Below, piece after piece: positions 40,518 through 43,808 of a DNA stretch of 43,808 bases. The stretch's first letter is position 1; each line of letters begins with the position of its first letter. The DNA lies in contig JAUCBJ010003668.1 in assembly GCA_032718475.1 (NCBI GenBank), positions 1-43,808 on the forward strand. Reading direction: 5' to 3'. Position numbers and translations under genes: made by a program. Below the pieces are notes generated by a model, which was not told the origin of the DNA, ran no database searches, and saw only the letters and a program-made list of their open reading frames with translations. Source of the stretch: Nemertoderma westbladi (Eukaryota > Animalia > Xenacoelomorpha).

Positions 40518-43394
40518 TTATTTGAAACGGACAACTTTGAAAGCTTCATTTTTGGAGACAACAGAATTGGAACTACTACCAGCATCAACATCAACATCAG
40601 GTTCATCTGTAGCAGCAAGCTTCGCCAGCTTCTTGATACGATTCTCCACCATTCGCACACTTAACATATCGGCATCAGTTTCATCTAGAATACCATCATT
40701 AGCCATATTCTTAATCATACTATTGTGGGCTCGAGTAATCATTGTGATAACAAGTTTATTCTTCATTGCCTTCAAAATATATGGATACTCCCTCTCCATA
40801 TCGTCAATGTATCGCTTCAGTGCGATCTGAGTTTCTCGGCTTTGACTTATTACAGTGTCTATTATCTGTTGTAATGATGTTAATTTGACAACAGCTGCTA
40901 TAGTGGCTGCTTCTGCATTGAGGTGACACGACGCCATCCGAAATCCCTCTGCCATGTACCTGTTTATTTCGTTCTCTGCCCAGATATGAAGGCCGAATAT
41001 ACAGGGTTTCAGCATCCTCACAGATCGAAGGATCCGTACGTGCCTGGCAAGTTTTAAAAACTGCATTGATTTGATAGCCATACCCGTTTTGAGCTGACCT
41101 GTAAGGTTACATTTCTTGGAACTGGGTTCTCCGGTTTGGAAACAATCAACTCCTATGACAAATATCAAAATGACCTCTGTTACTCCCCAAATGACCACGA
41201 TTAAATCAATGTAATTCCATATCGATTTAAAGTAATAGGTTCGCACGCCTATCAATTTAATAATAAATTCACACACGTAGATGGATATGAAGATTATATT
41301 AATGATAGAGAAAGCGTAATGCACGATATATTGTGTCTTTTGTTTTTCGTAGTCAATACTATCTATCTGGTCAACAAGATCATATACATTGGGGATAAGA
41401 TTGAGGAGCAGGACAACCTGGATAAAGCGCTCAAAGCTATCGCTAACTGCCAACCTGTATATCATGTAATGCAGCTTATTTTGTGTGTTTGGAGGTGGAA
41501 CAAATTTTTGGGCTATTTTTAATCTGTTAATAAATTTTTCGCCGTATTGAAGAAATTTAGGAATGCCATTGTATTCAATGATATCATCAGGATTGATAAA
41601 CACACCGCGATCCGAGGCTTTCAGGTTTAACTCGCACAGAAAAATGCTAGCAGATGCTCCGACTTCTCCATCGGCAAATTGTCGGCAATACGATTTGCGC
41701 TGGATGGTCATCACACGTTTATAAACATCATTCTCTATCTTTAAAAAATAACTTTCACGATGTATTGCTTCGCTTCGAGAGATGTTGAGGTTCTCCGATT
41801 TATGTTTGCTGAAATATGGGTTCACCACTTGTGAAAATTCATCCACAATTTGCCAGTTGCAACTGTTGTAATATGGGTTGTTGCGCATTGATGTATATTT
41901 CTCCATGGTAGCTCGACTGATTGCTTCCAATGAATTTTCCATCGCCAGAATTTTAACCGAGGTTACTTGCTTGCGTTCCAATCTCTTTAATAACAATTGT
42001 AGAGGAATACCATTTGTTATGACCGATAAACCAATAATAATCGTTGAATGAAATGCTAACTTATATTCATCTTCTACACTGCGGTTGTTGTGGATGACGA
42101 GTCTTGCTAAAGTAACGCTAACAACTCCTTTCATGCTACATAATGCTAATATAAGTACATTTTCAAATGGTAAGGCTCTAGAAGAATGTTTGAAGACTAG
42201 ATACAGAAACGCCATAATGGCAAATCGTATGACATTTACAGCACAAAATGATGAAAATGTGATGATATAATCATCTCTAGATAAAGCAGAGTTTACATTC
42301 GTTTCATGATGACTAATCGGATCACTTACGAGTCCATTGTTAATGATCACCTGACCCGTCATCATCCCTACCATTATAAATACCAAGGTGTAAGTGACAA
42401 AACACACAACTTCAAAGAACTCTTGCATTGGCTGCAGGACACTTGTAGATATAACGTTACTGTTGGCTCGTATTACCATTGTAAGCGCTACTGTGCCCAA
42501 TATAGCTGATGACAAGAAAACGCGATCACAGATATAGTAAGTTGTATATGCAGACAACAATATGGACAATATCTCAGTAATACCATCATGGTAAATATTG
42601 GATATAAAAAAAACGGTGATTTTGCCCATCACGTAACCAAAAGTAGGACCCAAAATAAGTTTATTACAAATCATGCCAATGACATTAATGACTAATTCTC
42701 CTTCTGTCCAATCATCGGATGATGATTTCTCGTAAAACGATTTATATATATTGAATATGTCCAATACCAGAGCATTGTTAAATAGTGTTTCTCCTTCAGC
42801 TAGGGCCGATAAATCTTGTGGAATTTGTATGCCCTTAAATAACGCGATACATGTTAGAATATCCGAAGCACTCAACAAACACCCGAACTGAATTGCTTCC
42901 AGACTGTCCCACTTCCAATATAATACCATCACCCCGCTAATCGTAGAAATAACAGCTGTTTGGAATAGTATAGTCGTAGCTATTATTTGGGGCAGAAGCT
43001 TCTTAAATTCGTAAAGTTCGAGTTTATAAGATGCATCTATTATTGAAATAGGTATGAAGAGGAGTTGCGCTCGACTGGGAGAAATCTTATCAATTTGGGA
43101 AAATATCCGTCGTAATGTTGTTTTTACTGTAAAAGTGTCCGGAATGCCGGTCAGTAATAACTCTATTAACACTCCGACGATCAGCACTACAATTCCGTAA
43201 GGAAAATTAAGGCGTCTGCCCAGGGACCTTAGTAATAAGCCAACTAAAATAATTCCAGATAGTAGTCCAACAAGATGAGGAACTTCGCCATGAGCCGCTG
43301 CGTGGCTAGATGGGTCACTGTGCGCCGCTGTGTCGCTAGATGGCTCACTGTTCTCGGAATCATGTCTATCATCTTCTTCAGGATTTGGTGACAT
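40518..43394 (-). CDS. SLC9C1: SLC9C1-like (sNHE) Na+/H+ exchanger with a voltage-sensing domain; intronless, no CNBD
   Basis: CPA1 TM domain (LFIPISIIDASY, FGCLLSASD, EGETLFNNA, SAILGTV, MKGVVSVTLA), helical linker (SYCRQFADG), VSD (EFIIKLIG..YFKSIWNYIDL; S4 KLARHVRILRSVRMLK), then GILDETDA and a stop. The symbol indicates family, not proven orthology. Confidence 0.85.
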   Translation of the reverse strand: MSPNPEEDDRHDSENSEPSSDTAAHSDPSSHAAAHGEVPHLVGLLSGIILVGLLLRSLGRRLNFPYGIVVLIVGVLIELLLTGIPDTFTVKTTLRRIFSQIDKISPSRAQLLFIPISIIDASYKLELYEFKKLLPQIIATTILFQTAVISTISGVMVLYWKWDSLEAIQFGCLLSASDILTCIALFKGIQIPQDLSALAEGETLFNNALVLDIFNIYKSFYEKSSSDDWTEGELVINVIGMICNKLILGPTFGYVMGKITVFFISNIYHDGITEILSILLSAYTTYYICDRVFLSSAILGTVALTMVIRANSNVISTSVLQPMQEFFEVVCFVTYTLVFIMVGMMTGQVIINNGLVSDPISHHETNVNSALSRDDYIITFSSFCAVNVIRFAIMAFLYLVFKHSSRALPFENVLILALCSMKGVVSVTLARLVIHNNRSVEDEYKLAFHSTIIIGLSVITNGIPLQLLLKRLERKQVTSVKILAMENSLEAISRATMEKYTSMRNNPYYNSCNWQIVDEFSQVVNPYFSKHKSENLNISRSEAIHRESYFLKIENDVYKRVMTIQRKSYCRQFADGEVGASASIFLCELNLKASDRGVFINPDDIIEYNGIPKFLQYGEKFINRLKIAQKFVPPPNTQNKLHYMIYRLAVSDSFERFIQVVLLLNLIPNVYDLVDQIDSIDYEKQKTQYIVHYAFSIINIIFISIYVCEFIIKLIGVRTYYFKSIWNYIDLIVVIWGVTEVILIFVIGVDCFQTGEPSSKKCNLTGQLKTGMAIKSMQFLKLARHVRILRSVRMLKPCIFGLHIWAENEINRYMAEGFRMASCHLNAEAATIAAVVKLTSLQQIIDTVISQSRETQIALKRYIDDMEREYPYILKAMKNKLVITMITRAHNSMIKNMANDGILDETDADMLSVRMVENRIKKLAKLAATDEPDVDVDAGSSSNSVVSKNEAFKVVRFK

Positions 43395-43808
43395 GATGAA
43401 TGATTCCTGTTAGGATAGAACTAACTTCCAGTGATGTAGCCTATTATATTACTTACAGTCTACCTACAGTATACTTATAAGTTCATGTTCAGGAATTACT
43501 ATGGCCTGTGCACACACCCATCCAATTTGTTTGCACTGATTTTGTTTTTAAATATTATGTTTTAGAACATAATACACATTCATCACACATAATACTGTAT
43601 GTTTTTATGGTAGCTAATATATTTTAATATACAACCGGAATTGTGATCCTCAATATCATATTTATCTAAGAAAATATATTATATTGTTTCCCAAAATACT
43701 ATTCAAATAAAATTATGAATAAAATATTTCCTTTTATTTTCTTGTAATATTTCATTTATTCTAAAATCTTTAGCCTATATTATTATTTAAACTTAGCAAA
43801 ATTCATTT

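Overview
AT-rich eukaryotic (probably invertebrate) genomic DNA made mostly of nested mobile elements. From left to right: (1) a Polinton/Maverick (adintovirus-like) gene block at 1-~4900, with a zinc-finger/pPolB N-terminal ORF running off the window, a PC4-like ORF and a twin zinc-knuckle basic ORF; (2) small DNA-transposon and LINE fragments; (3) a 14.9-kb element at 8732-23635 with AGTAGTAG...CTACTACT ends and a 6-bp TSD (TGCCGC). It reads as a non-autonomous Polinton whose very long TIRs each contain a CTCF-like motif, a tRNA-like Pol III unit and a doubly palindromic 22-bp array, around a single C2H2/acidic cargo gene. Two piggyBac-type elements and an internally deleted Mag-type Gypsy have inserted into it, and the Gypsy itself carries a 1-kb foldback MITE; (4) an RTE LINE fragment and an intronless orphan gene; (5) an Academ (AcademX-type) transposon with 571-bp TIRs and an 881-aa, probably internally deleted, ORF; (6) a tRNA-SINE, Merlin-like MITEs, a 13-bp minisatellite and a second RTE fragment; (7) an intronless SLC9C1-like Na+/H+ exchanger with a voltage sensor but no CNBD and a substituted ND motif. 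All family calls come from motif recognition by eye; no searches were run.
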